Of a stretch of 64,000 nt of DNA, positions 8,524-18,173 are shown piece by piece. The translations under genes and the position numbers were made by a program. Each line of letters begins with the position of its first letter. Position 1 is the first letter of the stretch. This DNA is from Vulcanimicrobiota bacterium (GTDB lineage: Bacteria > Vulcanimicrobiota > Vulcanimicrobiia > Vulcanimicrobiales > Vulcanimicrobiaceae), in assembly GCA_963820825.1 (NCBI GenBank), contig CAWGBN010000008.1, positions 544,001-608,000 of the forward strand, in the 5' to 3' direction. Under the pieces are notes generated by a model. It had not been told where the DNA came from. It ran no database searches and saw only the letters and a list, made by a program, of their open reading frames with translations.

Positions 8524-10200
8524 TTAGCGGTAAACCGGCTCCCACATCGCGTCGCGAATCGCGCGCTCGAGATCGGCCGGCGCGACCCGCGCGGAACCTT
8601 CCGCGATGGCTTGCCTCGCGACCGCGAAGGCCACTCTCGCCGACACGGCCCGCAAGCTCGAAACGGGCGGGAGAATCGCAGCGCCCGGGTGGCTTGCCTC
8701 GACCGCTTCCGAAATCGCTTCTGCCGCCGCTGCAAAGAGCGAATCGCCGATCGTGCGCGCGCGCGTAACGATCGCTCCTAATCCCAGGCCCGGGAAGAGG
8801 ATCGAATTGTTCGCCTGTCCGATCGCGTAGCCGACGTCGTCGTAGAGCACCGGTGGGAACGGGCTTCCGGTCGCGACCAAAGCGCGGCCGTGCGTCCAAG
8901 CGATCAGATCTTGCGGATGTGCTTCGCAGAGATTCGTCGGATTCGAGAGCGGGAGGATGATCGGCCGCGGCGTCCCTTTCGCCATCTCGGTGATTGCGGT
9001 TTGCGTGAAGGCTCCGGGTACGGCCGAGGTTCCGATCAGCACGGTCGGCCCAATTTGCCGTACGACTTCCTCGAGCGTAATGCGTTCGTCATCGCATCGC
9101 CACGCGGCAACCTCGCTGATATCGCGCGCATATGGCGCTTGATACTCGCGAACGTTGGTGCCGCCGCGGACGATGAGGCCATGCCGGCCGACGAGCCAGA
9201 TTCGCGCGGCCGCCTCGGCGGGCGAGAGTCCCTCGCGCACGAGCGCGCTTCGCAGCAGGTCGGCGATGCCGCAGCCGGCCGTTCCGGCGCCGAAGATGAC
9301 GGCTTTGAGCTCGCACATCGGCAACCGCGCGGTTCGCAGGCCGACGAGAATCGCCGCCAGCACGACGCCGGCCGTTCCCTGCATGTCGTCGTTGAAGGTG
9401 CAGACCTCCGAACGATATTCGTCGAGAATCCAGCGCGCGTTGACGGCACCAAAATCCTCCCAATGCAGGAGCGCGTTGGGGAAGAGCTCGCGCGCGGCCG
9501 CGACGTAGCGACGAACGAACGCGCGATAGCGCTCGCCGCGTTCACGGCGCGCGCGATAGCCGAGATAGAGCGGGTCGTCGAGCAGCGTCTGGTTGTCGGT
9601 GCCGACGTCGAGCATTACCGGCAGCGTCCGCCGCGGATCGATTCCGGCCGCCGCCGTGTAGAGCGCGAGCTTCCCGGAGCAGATGTCGATCCCCCCGACG
9701 CCCCAATCGCCGATGCCCAATATCGCCTCGGCATCGGTCGCGACGAGCAGATCGATCTCGTCGCCGTGAGGAGCGGCGTTGCGGAGCGACTCTTCGATCT
9801 GCTCCGGCGCGTCGATAGAGAGAAAAGCGCCGCGCGGCCGCCGGAACTGGTGACTATACTGCTGGATCGCCGTGCCCACCGTGGGCGTGTACACGATCGG
9901 CAGCATCTCCTCGACGTGTTCCAGTAGCAGATGATAGAAGAGCGTCTCGTTGCGATCGGCAAGGGCGGTCAAAAAGACGTTCTTAGCAAGGTCGTCGGGC
10001 TGGCGTACGTACTGCTGATAGGCGCGCTGCGCTTGCTGCTCGATCGTCAGGACGGCCGACGGGAGGAGCCCGATGAGGCCCAGCGCCTCACGCTCGGCGA
10101 GCGTGAACGCGGTCCCCTTGTTGAGCTCCGGCGCGTGCAGTATGCCAAGGCCGTGCGCGCTGCCGGGCTCGCTGGAGGTAACGGAATGTACGGCGGTCAC
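8524..10200 (-). CDS. maeA: NAD-dependent malic enzyme
   Basis: NKGTAFT, PIVYTPTVG, ILGIGDWG, FNDDMQGT, FGAGTAG, PLSNPT, QANNS. Confidence 0.95.
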   Translation of the reverse strand: MTAVHSVTSSEPGSAHGLGILHAPELNKGTAFTLAEREALGLIGLLPSAVLTIEQQAQRAYQQYVRQPDDLAKNVFLTALADRNETLFYHLLLEHVEEMLPIVYTPTVGTAIQQYSHQFRRPRGAFLSIDAPEQIEESLRNAAPHGDEIDLLVATDAEAILGIGDWGVGGIDICSGKLALYTAAAGIDPRRTLPVMLDVGTDNQTLLDDPLYLGYRARRERGERYRAFVRRYVAAARELFPNALLHWEDFGAVNARWILDEYRSEVCTFNDDMQGTAGVVLAAILVGLRTARLPMCELKAVIFGAGTAGCGIADLLRSALVREGLSPAEAAARIWLVGRHGLIVRGGTNVREYQAPYARDISEVAAWRCDDERITLEEVVRQIGPTVLIGTSAVPGAFTQTAITEMAKGTPRPIILPLSNPTNLCEAHPQDLIAWTHGRALVATGSPFPPVLYDDVGYAIGQANNSILFPGLGLGAIVTRARTIGDSLFAAAAEAISEAVEASHPGAAILPPVSSLRAVSARVAFAVARQAIAEGSARVAPADLERAIRDAMWEPVYR

Positions 10201-10276
10201 CCGGCCAGCATAAGCGACGCCGGCGAAAGCCGTCGGAAGACTCTGAGAAGAACGCGTGAAGACGCTTCCCTCGGCG

Positions 10277-10328
10277 TGTCATCCTGAGCGGAGGCGTGAA
10301 GCGCCGGAGTCGAAGGGCGAAGGATGAC
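10277..10328 (+). repeat. REP-like repeat, long form, downstream of glxA-like gene
   Basis: TGTCATCCTGAGCGGAGGCGTGAAGCGCCGGAGTCGAAGGGCGAAGGATGAC. Confidence 0.9.
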
Positions 10329-10331
10329 CCG

Positions 10332-11303
10332 CTACGCAGCGCCGCCAAATCGGCTGCGATAATCGCTCGGGACGACACCGAAGCGGCGGACGAAGGCGCG
10401 GCGAAAAGTCTCGTCGTTCCCATAGCCGACGTCTTTAGCAACCTTCTCGACCGCATCGCCGGCATTCACGAGCAGCCACCTCGCCTCATCCAACCGCAGC
10501 TCCTCGACGAAATCGGCCGGCGTGATTCCGAACGCCGATTTAAACTTACGCGTGAGGTGTCGCGGACTCAGATCCGCGTGCTCGGCGATCGCCTCGACGC
10601 TCAGGTCGTCGTTCAAGTGACCGCGGATCCACTGCGCGAGATCGGCGAAGCGATCCTTGCCCCGAACCTGCAGCAACAACGGCTGCGAGTACTGGAGCTG
10701 GCCTCCCGAACGCCGGAGATAGACGACCATTTCGCGAGCGACCTGCATCGCGATCTCACGGCCGAGATCTTCTTCGATGAAGGCAAGGCACAAGTCGATG
10801 CCCGCGGTGATCCCCGCCGACGTATAATACTTGCCGTCCTTGACGAAGATCGCGTCGGCATCCACCTCGATGCGCGGACGTTGCTCTTGGAGATCGCGGG
10901 CGAAGCGCCAGTGTGTCGTAGCACGGCGTCCGTCGAGCAGCCCGGAGTCGGCCAGCGCGTACGTCCCCGTGCACACCGAAGCGACGCGACGAGCGCGAGG
11001 CGCGTTCGCTCGCAACCAGCGCCCCAACGCCGCGCGCAGTTCGGGACGCTCTCGCACCGCGCCGCCGCCGGGGAGAATGATGGTGTCGAGCAGGCCGCAG
11101 CGCGCGAGCGTCGTCTGCGCATAGAACGCGATCCCCGATTCGGTCGAGATCGGCCCTTTTGTCGCGCCGAGAAGCACGACTTGGTACGGCGCCGGCTTTC
11201 GGCCGAGGACGGCGTTGGCGAGACTAAAGACGTCGGCGGGGCCGGCGACGTCGAGCGCCTGCACTCCGTCGTAGCCGACGATTCCGATGCGGCGAACCTT
11301 CAT
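10332..11303 (-). CDS. GlxA family transcriptional regulator (DJ-1/PfpI + AraC HTH)
   Basis: ASVCTGTYALA, ATTHW, TSAGITAGIDL, RRSGGQLQYS, C-terminal AraC HTH; start reassigned to MKVRRIG. Confidence 0.93.
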   Translation of the reverse strand: MKVRRIGIVGYDGVQALDVAGPADVFSLANAVLGRKPAPYQVVLLGATKGPISTESGIAFYAQTTLARCGLLDTIILPGGGAVRERPELRAALGRWLRANAPRARRVASVCTGTYALADSGLLDGRRATTHWRFARDLQEQRPRIEVDADAIFVKDGKYYTSAGITAGIDLCLAFIEEDLGREIAMQVAREMVVYLRRSGGQLQYSQPLLLQVRGKDRFADLAQWIRGHLNDDLSVEAIAEHADLSPRHLTRKFKSAFGITPADFVEELRLDEARWLLVNAGDAVEKVAKDVGYGNDETFRRAFVRRFGVVPSDYRSRFGGAA

Positions 11304-11377
11304 GCCAGCCAGTGTAGCGGCCGGCGCCGATGGCCGCAATGGTTCGGAACCGACGATTTCGGACATCGCCCCGCCGG

Positions 11378-11418
11378 TGTCATCCCGAGCGGAGGCGCGA
11401 AGCGCCGGAGTCGAAGGA
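11378..11418 (+). repeat. REP-like repeat, long form, near-identical to the copy at 10277
   Basis: TGTCATCCCGAGCGGAGGCGCGAAGCGCCGGAGTCGAAGGA; 2 mismatches to the 10277 copy over the core. Confidence 0.9.
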
Positions 11419-11439
11419 CGAAGCGCGAAGGACGCCGGC

Positions 11440-11739
11440 ATGTCAGCATACGTTATCGTCAACGTCGATACGAAACACCCCGAAGAGTACGAGCGCTACA
11501 AGGAGATGGCGCAGAAAACCGTCGCGCAGTACGGCGGGCGTTACCTCGCGCGCGGCGGCCGGATGGAGATGCTGGAAGGTTCGTGGGAACCGACGCGGAT
11601 CGTCATCCTCGAGTTCCCCTCGTATGAGAGAGCCCGCGAGTGGTGGCACTCGACCGAGTACGCGCCGGCGAAGGAGCTGCGCCAACGCCTGAGCATTACC
11701 GACCTGCTCGTCGTCGACGGCTACAATCCCGCTGCCTGA
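11440..11739 (+). CDS. DUF1330 family protein
   Basis: YGGRYLARGG..LEG..RIVILEFPS..W.HS.EY. Confidence 0.92.
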   Translation: MSAYVIVNVDTKHPEEYERYKEMAQKTVAQYGGRYLARGGRMEMLEGSWEPTRIVILEFPSYERAREWWHSTEYAPAKELRQRLSITDLLVVDGYNPAA

Positions 11740-11751
11740 CCCGCGCGACGC

Positions 11752-12255
11752 TCAGTCGCCGAGGAGAGCGTCCGGGTCGCCGAGCTGGTAGACCGACAGC
11801 GTCGTCGCGAGCAAGAGCCACGGAATAAGCGTTGCATACGACGCGAGCAGCTTTCGATCGATGCGCGCAGCGCGTAACGCCGACGAAAGAGTCAGTGCGA
11901 AGTAGAGCGTCGTGTGCGCGAAACCGAGACTTGGGCTCTTGAGACGGAAGCGAACGAACCCATACGTCGTGAAGAGCGCCCACGCGGCGGCTTGGAGGCG
12001 AAGGTAGGCGGTACGATCGGGACCGGGCGGCGCATTGAGCACGCAGTGATTACCCCACAGCGTCAGGAGGTTGTTGATCGGCCACACGACCCCGAAGGCC
12101 CATGCCGGCGGCGCGAACGGAGGCCGCGTGCCGCGCGCGTACTCCTCCTTTGCCGCACCGGGCGAGCTCAACAGTTGCGATGCGATGTTCAGCGCCGCTC
12201 CGCCGATCAATAAGGCGCGCCAGCCGTAGCGGCGCGGGTTCTCCGAATCTGCCAT
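11752..12255 (-). CDS. tspO: TspO/MBR family tryptophan-rich sensory membrane protein
   Basis: RPPFAPPAWAFGVVWP motif; C-terminal PWLLLATTL. Confidence 0.8.
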   Translation of the reverse strand: MADSENPRRYGWRALLIGGAALNIASQLLSSPGAAKEEYARGTRPPFAPPAWAFGVVWPINNLLTLWGNHCVLNAPPGPDRTAYLRLQAAAWALFTTYGFVRFRLKSPSLGFAHTTLYFALTLSSALRAARIDRKLLASYATLIPWLLLATTLSVYQLGDPDALLGD

Positions 12256-12300
12256 ACCCCGCTATACCCTCACCGAACGCATATCCCCCTATAAGCCGCC

Positions 12301-12329
12301 TCATCCTGTAGCGGAGCCCCGAAAGGGCG
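12301..12329 (+). repeat. Degenerate partial REP-like repeat
   Basis: TCATCCTGTAGCGGAGCCCCGAAAGGGCG; 3' GTCGAAGG arm missing. Confidence 0.5.
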
Positions 12330-12330
12330 C

Positions 12331-12684
12331 CTACGCCTTACGCTGATGAAGAATAAAGCGGTTCCCCTCGGGATCTCGCGCGAAGCACGTCCAACAGGGC
12401 GGAAACTCGTAGACGTCCGTCGCCTCAACGCCCGCATCGAGCAGCCGCTGCCGCATCGCGCGAATATCGTCGACCTCAAACGCGGCGCCCGATGAAGTTC
12501 CGGACGTTATCCCGAGCTCTTCCCCGGTTGCGTCAAGCGCGAATGTAGCATTGCCTAAATCGAATTCGATCCAGTCGTCATTGAACCACTCCCCGGCTCT
12601 AAGTCCAACAACTTCGCCATAAAACCGGCGTGCTTTCATAACGTCGCACACGTAATAGACGACGAAGGAGAGTTCCTTAACCAT
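12331..12684 (-). CDS. VOC/glyoxalase family protein
   Basis: ARRFYGEVVGL, AFEVDDI, RDPEGN; GAGGTG RBS before ATG at 12684. Confidence 0.9.
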   Translation of the reverse strand: MVKELSFVVYYVCDVMKARRFYGEVVGLRAGEWFNDDWIEFDLGNATFALDATGEELGITSGTSSGAAFEVDDIRAMRQRLLDAGVEATDVYEFPPCWTCFARDPEGNRFILHQRKA

Positions 12685-12791
12685 CACACCTCGTACTTCG
12701 GGCATCGACGAAAATGTCTTCCGCAAAACGAGCCTCCGGCCGCACCGAATTCACAGACGCGCGCGGCATATCGCGGCCGCTGAAAAACTAT

Positions 12792-12818
12792 ATCATCCTG
12801 AGCCGGTCGAAGGATGAC
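12792..12818 (+). repeat. REP-like repeat, short form, providing the GH1 stop codon
   Basis: ATCATCCTGAGCCGGTCGAAGGATGAC, read on the minus strand as SHPSTGSG*. Confidence 0.85.
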
Positions 12819-14973
12819 TCGCATCCGCAATCAGCTGCGCATACCTGCGGCTCGAATCGGTCGGGACGCGCTTGAGTTCGGGGTCGTTGTCGAGATCGAT
12901 GTGATAGAGCCCGAAATCGCTGCCGTCGTCGAAAGGCAAGCCCCATTCGCGATTCGAGGTGATGCTCCAGCAGATGTAGGCTTCGACCGGCGCGCCCTGC
13001 TCGATGGCCATGCGCACCTGGTTGACGTGCTCGGTGAGATAGTCGGGGCGTCCGACATCGGCCGCTTTGACGACACAGCCGTTCTCGATAACGATAATCG
13101 GCTTGCCGGGAAACTCTTGCGCCGCTTCGAGCAGGATCATCCGAAGGGCGTCGGGCCAGACCGGCGCGTTGGAGTAGTGAAAGTCCGACGCCGCGGTGAG
13201 GCGATGGAGATCGCGCGGCCAAAACGACGGAACGCCCCAATAGTAGTCGAGCCCGACGTAATCCAACGTCCCGACGCACTCGCGCGGGCAGAGAAACTCC
13301 GGCAGCTTGCCGGCCATGCCGAGATTCCACCAGTTCGTGCCGAGCAGCGTCGTAAAGATCGCAAGACCCTTGCGCAGCGTGAAGAGCCCGTTTAGGAACG
13401 TCGACCGCGTCGCGCCAATCCGCTGCTCGCCTGCAACCGGCACGAACTCGACGCGCTCGGGATCACCGAAGATCAACCGCGCCGTTTCCCGCGCAATCTC
13501 CACCTCCAGCCCTGCATACCTGGTGTCATCCCGAGCCGCGCACGCAGCGCGCGTGTCGAAGGAGCGCTGCACACACAACCCCTCCACACCCGGATGAATG
13601 CCGACGCGCAACTTTCCTCGCTTGCGAATGATCTCGATCGAGCGATCCATATCGGGTACGGCGCGCGCATCGTCGGCTTCGGAATCAGCCTCCCGGCCGA
13701 TGTTCGCGACGGTCTTGCGATTGAAAGCATCCGGAATCTCCGGATGCTTCTTGCGCAGTCGGCGAATCGCACGGTCTACGATGTTGAGTAACGTGCGGCT
13801 GCCCAGCGCCATCGCCACCGCAAAATACTGCGGCCGGCCGGGAATTTGGGTGAGCGCAAGAGCGTCGCCCGCGTACTGGCGTAGCGTTACGTCGTCGTCA
13901 AACACCGCGTCGACCTCACCCCGTCGTAGCATCTCGACCGCATCGGCCATGGTCTTGACATAGACGACCATCGCGGCGGGAAACGGGCCGCCGACGATAC
14001 TCGCGAGCAGCGTCTCGGCGACGACCGCGACGCGTCCGCGCCAATCTTCGAGGCTCGCCGGCAACGTAAACGAACGCGCGTGCAGCGCGGCGAGATGCGC
14101 GCAATAGTACGGTTGGGAGAAGAACGCGTGCTCCTGGCGCTCGAGCGTCATGGTGAGCTGCGCGATCGTGCAGTCGACGCGACCCCCCTCGTTGAGCCGC
14201 GACTGCGCGATGCGCGTCGCTTGCCGTTTCGCGTCTTCCGGCGATTTGAGATGCGTGGCGTTACGATCGATCCAGCGCTGCACCCAACGCGGCAGCCCTA
14301 AGACGAGCGGATTCGCGCCGACGCGCGCATTCGGCTTCACGCTCCGAATCGCGTCGCGGGCCCGCGCGTGCGCGCGGAAGAGATTGGGGATGAGCGTGAG
14401 CACGTCGTCCATCTGCGCGTCGCCGCTCGCGTACGGCGGCTGCCCCGGCGGCATCGCATACGCGCGCATCCAAAAGCCTTTGATCCAACCGTAGACGAGC
14501 TGATCGGGCTCGTTGAGCGTGACGTAATCGTCGATCAGATCGCCGAGTCGCCGCGCAACCTCGGCGCCGAATGCCGCGACGCGCCCGGGAAAGCCCGGAT
14601 CGAGCGGCCCCGCCCCGCTCCCAGCGGCCTGCACGTGCAGCGGCCAGGTGTTGTGCACGAGCGTGACGACCACCGACATTCCGGCGTCGCGCATTGCCTG
14701 CAGAACGTCGCGATAGTGGGCGAAGACCTCGTCACTCCAAACTCCCGGCTCCGGCTCGAGCCGCGCCCACGAGAGCGAGAGCCGAAAGACCGTGCATCCG
14801 AGACCGCGCGCGAGCTCGATATCCTCGCGGTAGCGCGTCCAAAAATCGGTCGCTTTGCCGCGCGCGACGATGCCGCGCACCCGCTCCCAGACGTCGCGAA
14901 TCTCGTCGTGCCCGTCGTACGCTTCGCATTGGTGGTCGGCGGTTGCGACGCCGAAACGCAGGCTGGGTGCCAC
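12793..14973 (-). CDS. Glycoside hydrolase family 1 enzyme with an inserted, circularly permuted SBP_bac_3-type substrate-binding domain
   Basis: GH1 motifs FGVATADHQCE, RLSLSWAR, TLNEP, GLDYY, IENG, WSITSNREW; insert at about 13415-14195; start uncertain (GTG 14973 or 15060). Confidence 0.88.
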   Translation of the reverse strand: MAPSLRFGVATADHQCEAYDGHDEIRDVWERVRGIVARGKATDFWTRYREDIELARGLGCTVFRLSLSWARLEPEPGVWSDEVFAHYRDVLQAMRDAGMSVVVTLVHNTWPLHVQAAGSGAGPLDPGFPGRVAAFGAEVARRLGDLIDDYVTLNEPDQLVYGWIKGFWMRAYAMPPGQPPYASGDAQMDDVLTLIPNLFRAHARARDAIRSVKPNARVGANPLVLGLPRWVQRWIDRNATHLKSPEDAKRQATRIAQSRLNEGGRVDCTIAQLTMTLERQEHAFFSQPYYCAHLAALHARSFTLPASLEDWRGRVAVVAETLLASIVGGPFPAAMVVYVKTMADAVEMLRRGEVDAVFDDDVTLRQYAGDALALTQIPGRPQYFAVAMALGSRTLLNIVDRAIRRLRKKHPEIPDAFNRKTVANIGREADSEADDARAVPDMDRSIEIIRKRGKLRVGIHPGVEGLCVQRSFDTRAACAARDDTRYAGLEVEIARETARLIFGDPERVEFVPVAGEQRIGATRSTFLNGLFTLRKGLAIFTTLLGTNWWNLGMAGKLPEFLCPRECVGTLDYVGLDYYWGVPSFWPRDLHRLTAASDFHYSNAPVWPDALRMILLEAAQEFPGKPIIVIENGCVVKAADVGRPDYLTEHVNQVRMAIEQGAPVEAYICWSITSNREWGLPFDDGSDFGLYHIDLDNDPELKRVPTDSSRRYAQLIADASHPSTGSG
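13524..13563 (+). repeat. REP-like repeat, long form, in frame within the GH1 CDS
   Basis: TGTCATCCCGAGCCGCGCACGCAGCGCGCGTGTCGAAGGA, translated on the minus strand as SFDTRAACAARDD. Confidence 0.88.
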
Positions 14974-15066
14974 CTGCGGCTGTTGCGCGCCGCCCGCACG
15001 GCACACCTCTCGTGCCGTCCCCGTCGGGGGTTCCAACAGGTCCTCGCGGCGAAAAACCACCCAGGT

Positions 15067-17098
15067 ATGAGTTCCAGAGCCTGTCGTTCGACGATATTCC
15101 GCAGATCGCGTGGACCGCGACTCGCGACGGCGCGGATGCTGCAGCTTCAATCGCGAGTGGCACGAGTACGCCGGGTCTGAAGCGCGCGGTCGAACGCGAC
15201 GCCGGCGGCGCTGGAGAAAGCGTGGTGGGCGGCGGTCCATCGCGACGATCGCGAGTTCGTCCGCCAGGCCCTGCTCGCGAGATGGCAGGCGCGGCACCCC
15301 GTTCGAGCTCGAGCTGCGCTTGCGGCGCGCCGACGGAGTGGACCGCTGGTTTCGACTCTTCGGTTTCACCGCTCGACGGCGCACTGCTGCGCGGAGAAAG
15401 CGGGCTTGGCTCGGTATCTGCACCGACATCGACGACTATAAGCGCCAGGGCGAACTCTTTGCCTTTCTGGCGCAAGCGCGGGCGAAGCGCTTGGCGGAGT
15501 CGCTCGATCTTGCAGGCCACGCTCGACCGGCTGCTCGGGATCATCGTTCCGGAGTTCGGCGATTGGGCGGCCATCGATCTCTTCGACGACGACGACCGTC
15601 TGCAAGACCGTCGCCGCAATCCATGCCGATCCGGAGAAGATGCGGCTGGTAAAGCGAATGGTCGGGCGCTACACGCACGACCGGCGCTACGAACCCAGCC
15701 ATCGCCGAAGCTCTGCGCATGCGCCGGCCGATGGTCATCCGCGAGGTGAAGGACGAACTTGCTCAAGAAGGCCGCAGCGCCGAATCTCTTTCCGGTGATT
15801 CGCGAGCTGGCGCCGCGCTCGGCCGTCACCGTTCCGCTGCGGGTCTCGCGGGCGCACGATCGGATCGCTCGTCGCCTACTGGTGCGAGACGCCGCGGCGC
15901 TACGCCGATACCGACTTACCGCTCTTCGAAGAGCTGACGAAGCGCGCCGCCGTTTCCATCGACCACGCGCGACTCTACGAACGCGAACGCGAGATCGCCG
16001 CGACGTTTCAGCGCGCGGCGCTGCCGATTTCGCTGCCGGAAGTGCCGGGCCTGCACTTCGACGGCATCTACGTGCCGGCCAGCGATCGCGAGTTGTTGGG
16101 CGGCGACTGGTACGACGCGCTGCGCCTCAACGACGGGCGAATCGTCATTTCGGTCGGCGACGTGGCCGGCAGCGGCTTGCCTGCGGCGGTGATCATGGCG
16201 TCGATGCGGCAAGTGATTCGCGGCGTCGCGCAAGTCTACGCCGACCCGATCGCGATGCTCGACGCGGCGGATCGCACGCTGAAGACGGAGTATCCCGACA
16301 CGTTCGTTACGGCATTCGTCGGCGTGCTCGATCCGGTCGCACGAACGCTCACGCACGCCTCGGCCGGACATCCGTCCGCCATTCCTGCGCGATGACGCGA
16401 CGGAACGGTGACGGCGCTTGGCACCAGCGGGTTGCCGCTGGGTCTACGCGATCGCGGCGAGACGGCGACGACGACGCGAACTGCCGAGCTCGGGCATTGT
16501 CGTCTTCTACAGCGACGGTCTGATCGAAGTCGATCGCAACCTTCTGCGCGGCTTCGACCGGCTGACGGCAGCGATCGCCCGGCCGGAAATCGCGAGCGGC
16601 GCGAATCCGGCCGACGCGATCTATCGCGCGGTGCTCAAGCGCGGCGGCAACGACGACGTGGTCGTGCTGACGCTGCAGCTCGAGGCACCGGCGTCGAAAG
16701 CGGATTGGCGTGGAGCGCTGGGCCTCGATACGGACGACGAAGACCTCGCGCACGCGACGCGCCACGCGTTTATCGCTGCGTTTGCGCCATGCCGGAGTGC
16801 GCGAGAAACAGCTCGACGCCGCAGAGACACGTCTTCGGCGAACTGCTCGGCAACGTCGTGCGGTTTGCGCCCGGACCGATCGAGATCGATCTGTCGATTG
16901 GAACCACGGCGCCGCGCCGGTGCTTCACGTGCTCGATCGCGGCCCGGGGTTTACGTTTACTCCGAAGCTGCCCCACCGATCTGCTTAGCGAGCGCGGGCC
17001 GCGGACTCTACATCGTTTGGGCGTTGGCTGCAGACTTTAACGTGACGCCGCGCCACGACGGCGGCTCTCACGCACGGGCGGTGCTTGGGGTAGTCTAG
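15067..17098 (+). CDS. PAS-GAF-SpoIIE(PP2C)-HATPase-like signalling protein, split by many small indels
   Basis: Fragments in different frames: DIPQIAWTA, FNREWHEYAG, WLGICTDIDD, VPEFGDWAAID, GGDWYD, GDVAGSG, YSDGL, DDVVVL, FGELLGNVVR, DRGPGF, GRGLYIV. Confidence 0.85.
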
Positions 17099-17141
17099 CG
17101 CTTGCTTGTGAGGGCATTCGAGGGCGACGAAAGCGCCGCGC

Positions 17142-17549
17142 ATGAGCAACCTTCAAGGCGGCTGCCTCTGCGGAGCCGTTCGATACGAATGCAACGCCGA
17201 ACCGATCGTGACGTTCAACTGTCACTGCCGCGATTGCCAGCGCTTGTCGGGCGGACCGTACGCTCCGGTTCTATACTTTCCGGCGAGTGCGTTTTCGCTG
17301 ACCAAGGGCGAGCTGCGCCGCTATGCCACCGAGAGCATGCGCAGGGGCGAGAACACGCGCGGATTCTGCGCCCAATGCGGCACGCGCATCTCGGGTGCCG
17401 AGTCGGAACGCGGCGTCGGCCTCCTCGCGTCGAGCTTGGACGATCCGAGCCTCTTTCGCCCGCAGTTCGACATCCACGTCTCCGACGCGCAGCCGTGGGA
17501 TCAGATGGACCCCGCGATTCCGAAGTTCGACGGCTATCCGCCGATGTAA
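17142..17549 (+). CDS. GFA family (glutathione-dependent formaldehyde-activating) protein
   Basis: GGCLCGAVRY, CHCRDCQR, FCAQCG. Confidence 0.93.
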   Translation: MSNLQGGCLCGAVRYECNAEPIVTFNCHCRDCQRLSGGPYAPVLYFPASAFSLTKGELRRYATESMRRGENTRGFCAQCGTRISGAESERGVGLLASSLDDPSLFRPQFDIHVSDAQPWDQMDPAIPKFDGYPPM

Positions 17550-17582
17550 CGCGGCGTTGCACCGCTTAAGAGGAGAGTTGTA

Positions 17583-18140
17583 GTGTTCCGAAGATTCGCG
17601 CTGATGCTCGCGCTCGCGCTGCGTTCGCCGGCGCTGGACGGATTCGGGCGCCGATTGGCGGGATTCGACCGTCGCGCACTATCAAGCGTCGCACACGATC
17701 TACGTGTTGACGCTGCCGGGATTCGGCGGGCGCCGTCCGATCGCGGGGCCGATGCTCGATACCGTCGACCACGACATCTCGACGTTCTTGGCGTCGACTC
17801 GCCGAGGACCACGGCGAATCTCATTCGCGGAGCGGCGAACATCGACGGTCTGCGACGGTCTTCGTCCAGGGCACGGATACGCTGCGACCGGAACAGCGCT
17901 ACCTGCAGGCGATGATGTCCGCCGATATTCGGCCGGGTCTGGCGAACGTCAAGGTGCCGCTGCTCGAGATCGGTCCGTTCGATGCGACCGTCGACCCGAA
18001 CAATCCATTTACCCCGATGCCGACGCTCGCCGCAAAACAGACGTACTACGCCAAGCTGCTCGCCAACGATCCGACCGCGAAGGTGGAGATGGTGGACAAC
18101 TCGCGCCATTTTATCATGCTCGACCAGCCTGCCCAGCTAG
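17583..18140 (+). pseudogene. Degraded secreted alpha/beta hydrolase
   Basis: Pieces YVLTLPGFGG and DIRPGLANVKVPLL..SRHFIMLDQP in different frames; nucleophile GHSxG region absent. Confidence 0.65.
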
Positions 18141-18173
18141 GATGCCGGGCGCCGGCGGCGGAACGGTTGGGGG

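Noticed and set aside
10296..11627. 443-aa plus-strand ORF and the extended N-terminus of the GlxA ORF
   Set aside because: Antisense shadow; the extension only reads through the repeat, and a better start with a -10 element exists at 11303
14974..15429. N-terminal 150 aa of the 878-aa ORF as part of the GH1 protein
   Set aside because: Arg/Ser-rich, mostly antisense to the PAS-domain gene; GH1 similarity begins only at LRFGVAT
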